Positions 17,781-27,469 are shown, counted from the stretch's first letter. The stretch is 64,000 bases of DNA from a bacterium (GCA_963674595.2 CAXXFV010000027.1:1-64000), one strand, 5' to 3'. Numbers and translations: made by a program. Notes: a model not told the origin generated them from the letters alone.

Positions 17781-17840
17781 ATATTAACATAATTAATTAT
17801 AAACCAATAAAACTAAATAACCATTTAGGAGGAACCAAAC

Positions 17841-18203
17841 GTGAAAACATTAGCGGATCTCCGAGCCATTAAGGAGAAAGCGAAAAAAGAGATGGCAGCA
17901 CGAGAAGAGACCGCCAAATACCGCATAATAGTTGCAATGGGCACATGCGGAATTGCGGCAGGTGCTCGAAATGTAATGAGTGCAATTCTTGATGAAATTA
18001 ACAAACGAAATGTAAGTGATACAGTTGTAACGCAAACAGGTTGTTTGGGATATTGTGATCAGGAACCTTTGGTGCAGGTAGCTCAACCGGACAAAACGAT
18101 CATTACTTATGGTAAAGTTTCACCTGAAACAGCCAGACAGATCGTTGCGGAACACATTATAAATAATAATGTTTTGTCAGGACATGTTTTTAAACAGGAT
18201 TAA
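17841..18203 (+). CDS. Thioredoxin-like [2Fe-2S] ferredoxin subunit (HndB/HydD-like)
   Basis: MGTCGIAAGA, TGCLGYCDQEP; GTG start with AGGAGG. Confidence 0.85.
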   Translation: MKTLADLRAIKEKAKKEMAAREETAKYRIIVAMGTCGIAAGARNVMSAILDEINKRNVSDTVVTQTGCLGYCDQEPLVQVAQPDKTIITYGKVSPETARQIVAEHIINNNVLSGHVFKQD

Positions 18204-18252
18204 TCAAAAGAAAATTTAGTAATAACCAATAGAAGATATACATTGGAGGTCT

Positions 18253-18732
18253 ATGATGCCAAATCTGGATCGAGTGGATGAAATTGTACAAAATTATAAT
18301 GACACAAAGACACCACTCATTTACATTTTAAAAGATGTACAGAACGAATACGGATATCTCTCAGAAGATGTTTTAACAAAAGTTGCTTCGGCAACCAATA
18401 TACCACTTTCTGAAATATATGGTGTTGCAACATTCTACAGCTTGTTTACTATAAATGAAAAAGGTAAAAATATCGTTAGATGTTGTAATAATGCTCCTTG
18501 TCATGTTAATGGTTCCAAGGAAGTGCTTGCAAAAGTTCAAGAGTATCTCGGTGTAAATGTTGGTGAAACAACAAATGATAAAGCATTTACATTAGAATTT
18601 ACCAGTTGTCTGGGTCTGTGTGCCGTAGCCCCTGTTATGATGGTTAATGACAATGTTTATGGTAATCTTACTCCTGAAAAAGCAGTTTCCATTTTGAAGG
18701 ACTATAAAATGAAAGGATCATCTAATGAATAG
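18253..18732 (+). CDS. hydC: NuoE-like [2Fe-2S] subunit of hydrogenase 2 (HydC/HndA-like)
   Basis: GVATFYS, CNNAPCH, SCLGLCAVAP. Confidence 0.85.
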   Translation: MMPNLDRVDEIVQNYNDTKTPLIYILKDVQNEYGYLSEDVLTKVASATNIPLSEIYGVATFYSLFTINEKGKNIVRCCNNAPCHVNGSKEVLAKVQEYLGVNVGETTNDKAFTLEFTSCLGLCAVAPVMMVNDNVYGNLTPEKAVSILKDYKMKGSSNE

Positions 18733-20359
18733 ATTACATATACTCATCGCCATGGATCCCCATACAATTGCTCAGGGAGCGCGTTCTGTTAAAGATGCGC
18801 TTGTTAAAGACCTGGCCCTGGCAGGTTTAACTGAAGAAGTTAAAGTCGTTGAAACCGGAAGTTTGGGTATTTATAACAAAGGTGTTGTCTTTGTTGTTTT
18901 TCCTGATGCTGTTTACTATGCCGGTGTCAAGGTTGAAGATGTTGCTGAAATTGTTTCCGAACATTTAGTTAAAGGTCGTCCGGTTGAAAGATTGCAATAC
19001 AAAGAATTTGCCGGTGCAGAAAAAGTGACTGAAAAAGATCAGGCTGCACGATTTGGCAAACAAAAACGTGTTGTATTAAAAAATGCCGGTATTATTGATC
19101 CTGAAAGTATTGAAGAATATATTGCTCATGACGGGTATGAAGCACTTGGTAAAGCCCTGACTGAAATGACACCTGAAAAAGTTATGCAGGAAGTAACAGA
19201 ATCCGGTATGCAGGGACGCGGCGGCGCATTTTTTCCAACCGGATTAAAATGGAGCTTTGCAGCAAAAGAAAAATCCGAAATTAAATATATCGTTTGTAAT
19301 GCCGATGAAGGCGAACCAGGTACATTTAAAGATCGTTTAATTCTTGAAGGTGATCCTCATGCTGTTATTGAAGGTATGGCCCTGGCCGGTTATGCTGTAG
19401 GTGCAAGCATGGGTTATGTATATATTCGTGGTGAATATAAAATGTCAATTGATCGTATGCAGCGTGCAATTGATCAGGCAAAAGAAAAAGGTTTATTGGG
19501 TGAAGATATTTTTGGAAGCAAGTTCTCCTTTAATCTTGAAATTCGTGAAGGTGCCGGTGCCTATATTTGTGGCGAAGAAACCGCACTTATTGAATCAATA
19601 GAAGGCAAACGTGGTGAACCTCGTGATAAACCGCCATTTCCTCCGTCAGAAGGTTTATGGGGTAAACCAACAATTGTTAACAATGTAGAAACACTTGCCA
19701 ATGTACCGCAAATAATTTTAAACAGTGCTGATTGGTACAAAGACATGGGCACTGAAAAAAGCCCTGGTACTAAAGTATTTACAATGGTAGGAAATATCAA
19801 TAATCCTGGATTAATTGAAGTGCCAATGGGAATTACTCTCCGTGAAATTATCTATGACATCGGTCATGGTATTCCAAATGGAAAAGGATTTAAAATGGCG
19901 CAAATGGGTGGTACAACAGGTGGTATTTTAACAGAAGAACACCTGGATATGCCGTTGGCTATTGAAAACCTGCGCGAAATCGGATCCGGCCTGGGATCAG
20001 GCGCTTTGCTTGTTGTTGATGATTCCCAGTGTGTTGTTGATCTGGTTAAAAACTTTGTTGAATTTTTTAATCATGAATCTTGCGGCAAATGTACATTATG
20101 TCGTGAAGGAACCGGTCGTTTACTAGAGTTGTTGGATAAAATATCTGACGGCGAAGGTAAAGAAGGTGACCTGGAATTGATTGAAACACTTTCTTCAACA
20201 ATGATGAAAGGCGCCTTTTGTGGTTTGGGTCAGGCTGCGCCAGTGCCAATTCTTGGATGTTTGAAATATTTCCGACAGGAATTTGCTTCTCATATTGATG
20301 AAAAATCTTGTCAGGCTGGTGTTTGTGAATTTAAATCTGTTGAAGCGGAAATTGCTTAA
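18725..20359 (+). CDS. hydB: NuoF-like FMN/NADH subunit of hydrogenase 2, non-bifurcating-type signature
   Basis: GRGGAFFPTG, ADEGEPGTFKDR, GAGAYICGEET, GGTTGG, SCGKCTLCREG; no C-terminal 2x[4Fe-4S] domain. Confidence 0.88.
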   Translation: MNRLHILIAMDPHTIAQGARSVKDALVKDLALAGLTEEVKVVETGSLGIYNKGVVFVVFPDAVYYAGVKVEDVAEIVSEHLVKGRPVERLQYKEFAGAEKVTEKDQAARFGKQKRVVLKNAGIIDPESIEEYIAHDGYEALGKALTEMTPEKVMQEVTESGMQGRGGAFFPTGLKWSFAAKEKSEIKYIVCNADEGEPGTFKDRLILEGDPHAVIEGMALAGYAVGASMGYVYIRGEYKMSIDRMQRAIDQAKEKGLLGEDIFGSKFSFNLEIREGAGAYICGEETALIESIEGKRGEPRDKPPFPPSEGLWGKPTIVNNVETLANVPQIILNSADWYKDMGTEKSPGTKVFTMVGNINNPGLIEVPMGITLREIIYDIGHGIPNGKGFKMAQMGGTTGGILTEEHLDMPLAIENLREIGSGLGSGALLVVDDSQCVVDLVKNFVEFFNHESCGKCTLCREGTGRLLELLDKISDGEGKEGDLELIETLSSTMMKGAFCGLGQAAPVPILGCLKYFRQEFASHIDEKSCQAGVCEFKSVEAEIA

Positions 20360-20400
20360 GGCATTTCCCGTATAAATTGAGTTTTCATGGAGGAATTAAA

Positions 20401-22134
20401 GTGAATAATATCACGGTAACCATAGATGGAAAAAATATTTCAGTTCCTGTCGGAACAACTGTTTTAGAGGCAGCTGAAAAACTGGGCATCAAAGTCCCCC
20501 GGTTGTGTTATCATCCGGATTTGCCGCCTGTTTCAGCCTGCCGTCTTTGTGTTGTTGAAATTGAAGGGGATCGTCTCCTGCGTACGTCTTGTTCCTGGAA
20601 ATGCCAGGATGGTATGAAAATTTCAACACGATCAAAAACCGTACGTGAGTCTCGACGAATGGCAATGGAATTACTGCTGTCAAGACACCCAATGAAATGT
20701 ACGGAATGTGTTAGAAACGGATCATGTGAATTGCGTGATGTAGCTGACCAACTTGGTATTCGCGAAAACAGTTTTGAATACAATGAAAGAAAAGGTACAC
20801 TTGATCTTTCCAGTGCAGCTATCGTTCGTGATCCTTCAAAGTGTATTTTATGTCGCCGCTGTGTTCAGACATGTGAGCTGGTCCAGAGCGTCAGCGCTAT
20901 CGGTCTTGAAGGCAGAGGATACGATGTTTGGGTAGACACCCCATTTGGTAAAGGTATTGGCGATATTGCCTGTGTATCCTGTGGTCAGTGTATTGATCGT
21001 TGTCCGGTTGGTGCATTGTATGAAAACAGCCATATTCAGCGTGTTTGGGATGCTCTTGATGATCCTAAAAAACATGTTGTTGTTCAAACAGCACCGGCTG
21101 TTCGCGCATCCATTGGTGAAGAATTCGGCCTTCCTGCCGGTTCTTTGGTAACCAAAAAGATGGTTGCTGCGCTGCGTATGATGGGTTTTGATAAAGTATT
21201 TGATACGGATTTTACAGCCGATTTAACAATTCTCGAAGAAGGCCATGAATTGTTGGGACGTATTAATAATGGTGGAACACTTCCAATGTTGACATCCTGC
21301 AGCCCGGGATGGATCAATTTTATCGAACATTTTTATCCGCAATTATTACCACATGTATCTTCATGTAAATCTCCACAACAAATGTTTGGTGCTTTGGCAA
21401 AAACATATTATGCTGAAAAATTTGGCATTAAACCGGAAGATATTTATGTTGTATCTATCATGCCTTGTACAGCTAAAAAATATGAAGCTGGTCGTGATGA
21501 AATGTCGGACAGTGGCTTCCAGGATGTTGATGCCGTATTAACAACGCGTGAAGCCGGTACGATGATCAAACAATTGGGTATTGATTTTGAAAACTTGCCT
21601 GATGAAAAGTTTGATGAACCTTTGGGTATTTCCACAGGTGCGGCTGTTATTTTTGGAAACACCGGTGGTGTTATGGAAGCTGCATTAAGAACGGTTTATG
21701 AAGTTCTGACCAAAAAACCATTGGATGATATCGAAATTAAAGCAGTACGTGGATTAGAAGGTATTAAAGAAGCAGAAGTTGAAATTGCCGGTATAAAAGT
21801 TAAAGCCGCTGTTGCTAACGGCCTTGCAAATGCCCGCAAGTTGATGGATAAAATTGTAGCCGGTGAAGCCGATTATCACTTTATTGAAATCATGGCTTGT
21901 CCTGGTGGATGTATAGGTGGTGGCGGTCAGCCAATACCGACTTCAACCTTAATCCGACAAAAACGTTCAGAGGCAATTTATGAAGAGGATCGTGGTTTGG
22001 AACTTCGAAAATCTCATGAAAATCCTGCTGTTATTAAACTGTATGAAGAATTTTTGGGTGAACCAAACGGTCATAAATCTCATGAATTACTTCACACAAA
22101 ATATACTCCGAAAACAGTATATAAAACTGCTTAA
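20401..22134 (+). CDS. hydA: Group A [FeFe]-hydrogenase catalytic subunit 2 (HydA/HndD-like)
   Basis: Same FeS motif set as copy 1; TSCSPGW, MPCTAKKYE, EIMACPGGCIGGGGQP. GTG start 20401 after GGAGG. Confidence 0.95.
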   Translation: MNNITVTIDGKNISVPVGTTVLEAAEKLGIKVPRLCYHPDLPPVSACRLCVVEIEGDRLLRTSCSWKCQDGMKISTRSKTVRESRRMAMELLLSRHPMKCTECVRNGSCELRDVADQLGIRENSFEYNERKGTLDLSSAAIVRDPSKCILCRRCVQTCELVQSVSAIGLEGRGYDVWVDTPFGKGIGDIACVSCGQCIDRCPVGALYENSHIQRVWDALDDPKKHVVVQTAPAVRASIGEEFGLPAGSLVTKKMVAALRMMGFDKVFDTDFTADLTILEEGHELLGRINNGGTLPMLTSCSPGWINFIEHFYPQLLPHVSSCKSPQQMFGALAKTYYAEKFGIKPEDIYVVSIMPCTAKKYEAGRDEMSDSGFQDVDAVLTTREAGTMIKQLGIDFENLPDEKFDEPLGISTGAAVIFGNTGGVMEAALRTVYEVLTKKPLDDIEIKAVRGLEGIKEAEVEIAGIKVKAAVANGLANARKLMDKIVAGEADYHFIEIMACPGGCIGGGGQPIPTSTLIRQKRSEAIYEEDRGLELRKSHENPAVIKLYEEFLGEPNGHKSHELLHTKYTPKTVYKTA

Positions 22135-22150
22135 TCTTTGTAATTAGAAC

Positions 22151-22189
22151 AAGCCTCAAAGAAATTTTCTTTGGGGCTTTTTTCTTTTT
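22151..22189 (+). terminator. Rho-independent terminator closing the hydrogenase cluster
   Basis: AAGCCTCAAAGAA / TTCTTTGGGGCTT stem followed by a T tract. Confidence 0.8.
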
Positions 22190-22202
22190 ATGAACTTACT
22201 AT

Positions 22203-22231
22203 TTGCCTTTTAGGGATATTTAAAATATATT
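22203..22231 (+). promoter_or_regulatory. Candidate sigma70 promoter for the SSS gene
   Basis: TTGCCT-N17-TATATT. Confidence 0.35.
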
Positions 22232-22311
22232 AAAGACAATTGTAATTTGAAAAATAATCCTTTTCATATAAAATTCCTTTACTAACCCCTAACACACAAG
22301 AGAGAAGATTT

Positions 22312-24267
22312 ATGACTTTTGGACTTCCCTGGATCGATTATTTTGTCATTTTCATTTATCTGATTATAATGGTGGGCATTGGTGTTTATTTTTCCCGTAT
22401 GATGAAGGGAGGAAAAGACTTTTTTGTAGGCGGTAATCTTATTCCCTGGTGGGTTGCCGGTGTATCTTTATACATGACAATGTTTTCCGCATGGACATTT
22501 ACCGGTGCTGCCAGTTTTACTTATAATACGGGCTGGTATGGTATAATCTTTTTTAGCACATGGCCTCTTTCGTTTTTTATAGGATTTCAAATGTCTGCCA
22601 GAAAATGGCGACGGGCCAGAGTGACATCACCGGTTGAATATGTAAAATCAAGATTTAACAAAACGACCCACATGTTTTTAACAATCATCATGGTCCTTAG
22701 TTCAGCATATTGGCCCGCACAACACCTGGCATCATTAGGTAAAATATGTGCTCCGACTCTTTTCCCCAATTCAATGCTGGCGATTGATATTATGATTATT
22801 GTCGCCGGAATTATTATCATGTTTTATACTTTTTCAGGCGGATTGTGGGCTGTTTGTATTACTGATGTTGTTCAATTTTTAATACTTGTATCAGTATGTA
22901 TCGTTTTAATCCCAACAGCTTTTTTATCAAATGATTTAGGTTCCATCAGCAATTTCATTTCAAAAATACCTGAATTAAAGTTTCATCATGTTCTCAGTGA
23001 TGGAATTTCCTATGATTATTGGTATCTGCTGGGCATTCCGGCTACTTATTTATTTTCTTATGCTGTTGGAGCCAATGCACAGCGTTACTTTAGTGTTAAA
23101 GATGAAAAATCAGCTAAAAATTTGGGCTGGCTGGCATTTGTACTATTTTGTTTCGGACCGCTATTATTCGGAATTCCGCCGCTAATCGGCAAAGTTTTAT
23201 GGCCGGATATAAATATGCTGCATTATTTTTCTCAAGTAACCAAACCGGATGAAAACATTTATATCGCTGTTGTTCTGAAATACATGCCTGCCGGTGTTGT
23301 GGGAATTTTTCTCGCGGCCATGATGTCTGCATCCATGTCGGCAATGGATAGTGCCTGGAACGCGGTTTCTGCCATGATCTCTCTGGATATTTATAAAAAC
23401 ATATTCCGTCCAAATGCTTCGGAAGAAGAAGTATTAAAAGTGGGACGATTTTCAGTGGTTCTTCTTTGTGTTATGGCCATTGCTATGGCATTAACAATTA
23501 TTCACAGTTCCTATAGTATTTTTTCTTTTTCAAATATATTTTTCGGTTTAACCGGTGTACCTATTGCCATTCCATTATTACTGGGAATTATTTCCCGAAA
23601 AATGTCGCGATGGTCTGCCATATCTTCAATTCTGGCCGGAACCCTTATGGCTTCTACAGCAAAATTTGCTTTAAATTATACTCTTGGACCACAATATCTG
23701 ATAACGGTTGCCATAACCCTCTTGTTCGTTTTTGCTTCTGCTCCATTGGCACAATTATATACAAAAAGTAAAAACCAGGCTCTTTTGGTTAACGTCACCA
23801 TGGGAGTTTTACTCTGGTTGTTCTTTTTAAATGTTAATCTCAATCCAAATCTTTCGTTGAGTTCGTTCGGTACTATCTTTGAAAACGGGTTTTTAAATAT
23901 CTTAAAAACATCTGCCTTTTGGGTTTCTGTTACTTCTATACTGCTTGTCGTATTATCGCAAAAATTTTCCAAATTATACGCCAAAGATTTGTTGGAAGAT
24001 CAAACAGAACTAAACGCCTTTTTCAAAAAAATGGACACGCCGGTTGATGTAGAGAAAGAAGTTATGGTTGAAGGAGCAAAGGAAGTAAATGTTTTTCCGC
24101 TTGTTGGTGGTGTATCAATTTTAATAGGATTATTATCATTGCTGCTTTTAATAAATCCTCAGGCCAGAGCAAATGTTTTTGTAAATGTGAGCATAACCGG
24201 ATTGCTGGTTGTTATTGGTTTATTGATGCTTTTTTCGAATAAAATTCAAAAAATCTTTGCAAAATAA
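22312..24267 (+). CDS. Sodium:solute symporter (SSS family)
   Basis: DFFVGGNLIPWW, SAWTFTG, GGLWAVCITDVVQF, AAMMSASMS; many TM helices. Confidence 0.9.
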   Translation: MTFGLPWIDYFVIFIYLIIMVGIGVYFSRMMKGGKDFFVGGNLIPWWVAGVSLYMTMFSAWTFTGAASFTYNTGWYGIIFFSTWPLSFFIGFQMSARKWRRARVTSPVEYVKSRFNKTTHMFLTIIMVLSSAYWPAQHLASLGKICAPTLFPNSMLAIDIMIIVAGIIIMFYTFSGGLWAVCITDVVQFLILVSVCIVLIPTAFLSNDLGSISNFISKIPELKFHHVLSDGISYDYWYLLGIPATYLFSYAVGANAQRYFSVKDEKSAKNLGWLAFVLFCFGPLLFGIPPLIGKVLWPDINMLHYFSQVTKPDENIYIAVVLKYMPAGVVGIFLAAMMSASMSAMDSAWNAVSAMISLDIYKNIFRPNASEEEVLKVGRFSVVLLCVMAIAMALTIIHSSYSIFSFSNIFFGLTGVPIAIPLLLGIISRKMSRWSAISSILAGTLMASTAKFALNYTLGPQYLITVAITLLFVFASAPLAQLYTKSKNQALLVNVTMGVLLWLFFLNVNLNPNLSLSSFGTIFENGFLNILKTSAFWVSVTSILLVVLSQKFSKLYAKDLLEDQTELNAFFKKMDTPVDVEKEVMVEGAKEVNVFPLVGGVSILIGLLSLLLLINPQARANVFVNVSITGLLVVIGLLMLFSNKIQKIFAK

Positions 24268-24309
24268 AAAAAGTTGCGGCTATTTTGAATTCCGGAGAGG
24301 TAATGAACA

Positions 24310-25377
24310 ATGTCTGAATTCACTGTTTTTGTAATTAATCCCGGTTCTACATCGACAAAAATTGCGTTGTTTAAAAACAGTACCAAGGTATTTTCTCAAA
24401 CGCTTGCTCATGAACCTGCTGAATTAAGTAAATTCAAATCCAACTGGGACCAGTTTGATTTTCGGTTAGATGCTATCGAAAAAGTGTTAAAAACGGAGCT
24501 CTCCAACGTAAAAAAGCTGGATGCCGTTGTAGGCCGCGGGGGATTACTAAAACCGGTTAAACGGGGTACCTTTTTAGTTAATCAGGAAATGCTGCAAGAT
24601 GCTAAAAAGGGCGTCCAGGGGGACCACATTTCCAATACCGGATGTGCTTTGGCCCAAAAAATTGCGGAACAATATGGCTGTTCCGCCTATATTGTTGATC
24701 CGGTTTCTGTAGATGAATTTGAAGCCATTGCACGATTGTCCGGCCATCCGCTGATTGAGCGAAAATCCCTTTCTCATTCTTTAAACCTACGGGCTGCGGC
24801 TTTTCGTGCAGCACATGAACAACATGTAAATATTCAGGATTCCTGTTATATCGTGGCGCACCTTGGCGGGGGCATTTCTGTCGCGCCTGTTTTAGCCGGC
24901 CGTGTTATAGATGTTAACGATGCATCAAATGCCGGTCCGTTTTCTCCGGAACGATCCGGAACATTGCCGCTCACACCCTTGATTGATCTCTGTTTTTCGG
25001 GAAAATATGATAAAAGAGAAATTAAGAGTATGGTCATGGGTAACGGCGGTATGAAGGCCTATTTAAATACCAGCAATTTAATCGAAATAGAAAGCAGGAT
25101 TGAAAACGGTGACGAGTTTGCTTTACTGGTATTGCAGGCAATGGCCTATCAAATAGCCAAAGAAATAGGGGCGATGGCTGCCGTTGTAAGGGGAAAAATT
25201 AATTCTATTATTCTAACCGGTGGTTTGGCAAAATCTGAAAACTTGGTTGCTTTAATTTCCGAACGGATCTCTTTTCTTGCACCCATAAAAATATATGCCG
25301 GTGAATATGAAATGGAAGCGATGGCAGAAGGTGTTTTACGAATTTTAAACAAACAGGAAGAATTACAACAATATTAG
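24310..25377 (+). CDS. buk: Butyrate kinase, copy 1
   Basis: INPGSTSTK, VGRGGLLKP, HLGGGISV, GPFSPERSG, LTGGLA. Confidence 0.9.
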   Translation: MSEFTVFVINPGSTSTKIALFKNSTKVFSQTLAHEPAELSKFKSNWDQFDFRLDAIEKVLKTELSNVKKLDAVVGRGGLLKPVKRGTFLVNQEMLQDAKKGVQGDHISNTGCALAQKIAEQYGCSAYIVDPVSVDEFEAIARLSGHPLIERKSLSHSLNLRAAAFRAAHEQHVNIQDSCYIVAHLGGGISVAPVLAGRVIDVNDASNAGPFSPERSGTLPLTPLIDLCFSGKYDKREIKSMVMGNGGMKAYLNTSNLIEIESRIENGDEFALLVLQAMAYQIAKEIGAMAAVVRGKINSIILTGGLAKSENLVALISERISFLAPIKIYAGEYEMEAMAEGVLRILNKQEELQQY

Positions 25378-25389
25378 TTGGAGGATAGA

Positions 25390-25698
25390 ATGATTGTCAC
25401 CTGTGTTTCCGTATATGTTAAACAAGAGTATATTGATGCGTTTATTAAAGCTTGTATCGAAAACCATAAAGCCTCAGTTCAGGAGTCGGGCAATTTAAGA
25501 TTTGATGTTCTTCAGGGAAAAGAAGACCCGACCCATTTTATGTTATATGAAGCTTATGAAACAGAGGAAGCATCTGCGAACCATAAAAAAACAGAACATT
25601 ATAATAAATGGCGTGAGACTGTTACTGATTATATGGCAAAACCACGTACCGGAACACCCTATAATGTTATTCAACCGCTTGACAGGGAAATGTGGTAG
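25390..25698 (+). CDS. ABM-family (LsrG-like) protein
   Basis: ESGNLRFDVLQ, FMLYEAY, HKKTEHY..WRE; ATG 25390 after GGAGG. Confidence 0.8.
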   Translation: MIVTCVSVYVKQEYIDAFIKACIENHKASVQESGNLRFDVLQGKEDPTHFMLYEAYETEEASANHKKTEHYNKWRETVTDYMAKPRTGTPYNVIQPLDREMW

Positions 25699-25752
25699 CT
25701 AAGACTATTATATAATAATCAGTATTTAATTATAACCAGAGGGATTACTTTT

Positions 25753-26121
25753 TTGCACGAAATGTCGTTAATGCAAAGTTTGTTAAAAATTGTAGAACAA
25801 AAAGCAAAAGAAAAGAATAGCACCAAAGTTTTATCTATTTCTATTTCTGTGGGTGCTCTTTCAGGAGTTGAACCGGATTTGTTATCCTTTGCTTTTGATT
25901 CTTTTTCAGACGGCACCTGTGCAAAAGGAGCAAAATTTTTCATTAACAAAAAACCGCTAGTCATCCATTGTAAACATTGTGGTGTTGTTGAGTCAGGCGC
26001 AAACGAATATCTTTTTCAATGTCCAAAATGTAAATCAGATCAAATCAGTATACCTGAAAATGATGAACTATTAATTGAAAAGATGGAGCTTGAAATTGAA
26101 AACGAATGTGACGGTTTATGA
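25753..26121 (+). CDS. hypA: Nickel metallochaperone HypA
   Basis: MHEMSL start, GALSGVEP, CKHC...CPKC zinc motif. Confidence 0.9.
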   Translation: MHEMSLMQSLLKIVEQKAKEKNSTKVLSISISVGALSGVEPDLLSFAFDSFSDGTCAKGAKFFINKKPLVIHCKHCGVVESGANEYLFQCPKCKSDQISIPENDELLIEKMELEIENECDGL

Positions 26122-26761
26122 AAAGATACTTAAGGTAAACGATTATCTAGCCAAAGCCAATCACTTGTTATTTGACACGAACAGGGTTTTTACTTTGAGT
26201 ATAATCGGTTCCCCGGGAGCAGGAAAAACATTACTTTTAGAAAAAACAGTTAAAGAATTACTTGAGCAAAATTATCAATGTGCTGTATTAGTAGGAGATA
26301 TTGCAACAACCCGTGATGCCGAGCGTCTCCACAAATTCGGTATTCCGGCTATACAGTTGACAACCGGCGGGGCCTGTCATCTTGAAGCTCAGCAGATTCA
26401 GGAAGCCGTTAATGATTTAAAGCTTCAGGAGATCGATTTTCTGTTTATTGAGAATGTCGGTAATCTCGTTTGTCCATCATCTTATGATTTGGGAGAACAT
26501 TTACGTATTGTTCTTACTAGTGTGCCGGAAGGTGATGATAAAATTGAAAAATATCCATCTACCTACAAAAAGGCGGATGTTGTTATTTTAAACAAGATAG
26601 ACTATATCGATAAAAATTTTAACATCGATAAAGTCAAAAAAGATTTGGGTATCCTGGCCCCAAATTGCCATTGGTTTGAGTTGTCTTGTTATACAGGGAC
26701 CGGAATAGATACATGGATAAATTTTTTGATTGAACAAAAAAAGATTCGCCTTGACAAATAA
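26096..26761 (+). CDS. hypB: Nickel-insertion GTPase HypB
   Basis: GSPGAGKT, GGACHLEA, ENVGNLVCP, EGDDK, NKID. Confidence 0.92.
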   Translation: MKTNVTVYEKILKVNDYLAKANHLLFDTNRVFTLSIIGSPGAGKTLLLEKTVKELLEQNYQCAVLVGDIATTRDAERLHKFGIPAIQLTTGGACHLEAQQIQEAVNDLKLQEIDFLFIENVGNLVCPSSYDLGEHLRIVLTSVPEGDDKIEKYPSTYKKADVVILNKIDYIDKNFNIDKVKKDLGILAPNCHWFELSCYTGTGIDTWINFLIEQKKIRLDK

Positions 26762-26868
26762 CTTTATTTATTGGATATTTAATAAAGTCACTGAGTTATA
26801 GAAAAGTGAATGATAAAATCGGATAGGGAACAGGTGTGACTTCCAACTATTAATAAAAGGAGGTTAAA

Positions 26869-27354
26869 ATGCCTATCTCAACCAAGCTTCGAAACTATCT
26901 TGACGATAACAATGTCAAGTATATAACGATTACTCATTCAAAGGCCTATACGGCGCAGGAAATCGCTGCCGCTATTCATTGTCCCGGGAAAGAGCTTGCA
27001 AAATCTATTATGGTCAAAGTAAACGACCAATTTGTCATGATTGTTTTGTCTGCGTCTGAAAAAATAGATTTTGATCTGTTGAAAAAGTTATTTAATCAGG
27101 AAACAGTTGAATTGGCCACAGAAAGCGAATTTAAAAGTCTGTTCCCGGAATGTGAGATCGGTGCCATGCCGGTTTTTGGTAATATTTATGGTGTGGATGT
27201 TTATGCTACCGAAAATATTGCCAAAGACGAAGAAATATTTTTTAATGCCGGTTCACATACGATAGCTATCAAGTTGGATACGAAATATTTTTTGGAACTG
27301 GTCCAGCCACAGATAGTTAAAGTAGCATTAACCAGAGAAAAAATTATTGGTTGA
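26869..27354 (+). CDS. YbaK/EbsC (ProX-like) aminoacyl-tRNA deacylase family protein
   Basis: HSKAYTAQEIA, LAKS, FPECEIGAMPVFG, FNAGSH. Confidence 0.85.
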   Translation: MPISTKLRNYLDDNNVKYITITHSKAYTAQEIAAAIHCPGKELAKSIMVKVNDQFVMIVLSASEKIDFDLLKKLFNQETVELATESEFKSLFPECEIGAMPVFGNIYGVDVYATENIAKDEEIFFNAGSHTIAIKLDTKYFLELVQPQIVKVALTREKIIG

Positions 27355-27394
27355 GATAAAGTGATTTATAATTTTTTAGTTAAAAAGAAATGTA

Positions 27395-27423
27395 TTGATT
27401 AATACCTTTATGTTTGCTATTAT
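27395..27423 (+). promoter_or_regulatory. Candidate sigma70 promoter for mlaEFD
   Basis: TTGATT-N17-TATTAT with extended -10 TG. Confidence 0.4.
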
Positions 27424-27469
27424 TGCAAGTCTCTAGCTAACATTCTAATAGATTCTCTGTGTCGATATA

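Noticed and set aside
26751-26782. Perfect TTGACA upstream of the YbaK-family gene
   Set aside because: The -10 element at proper spacing (GATATT) is weak; not enough support to call a promoter.
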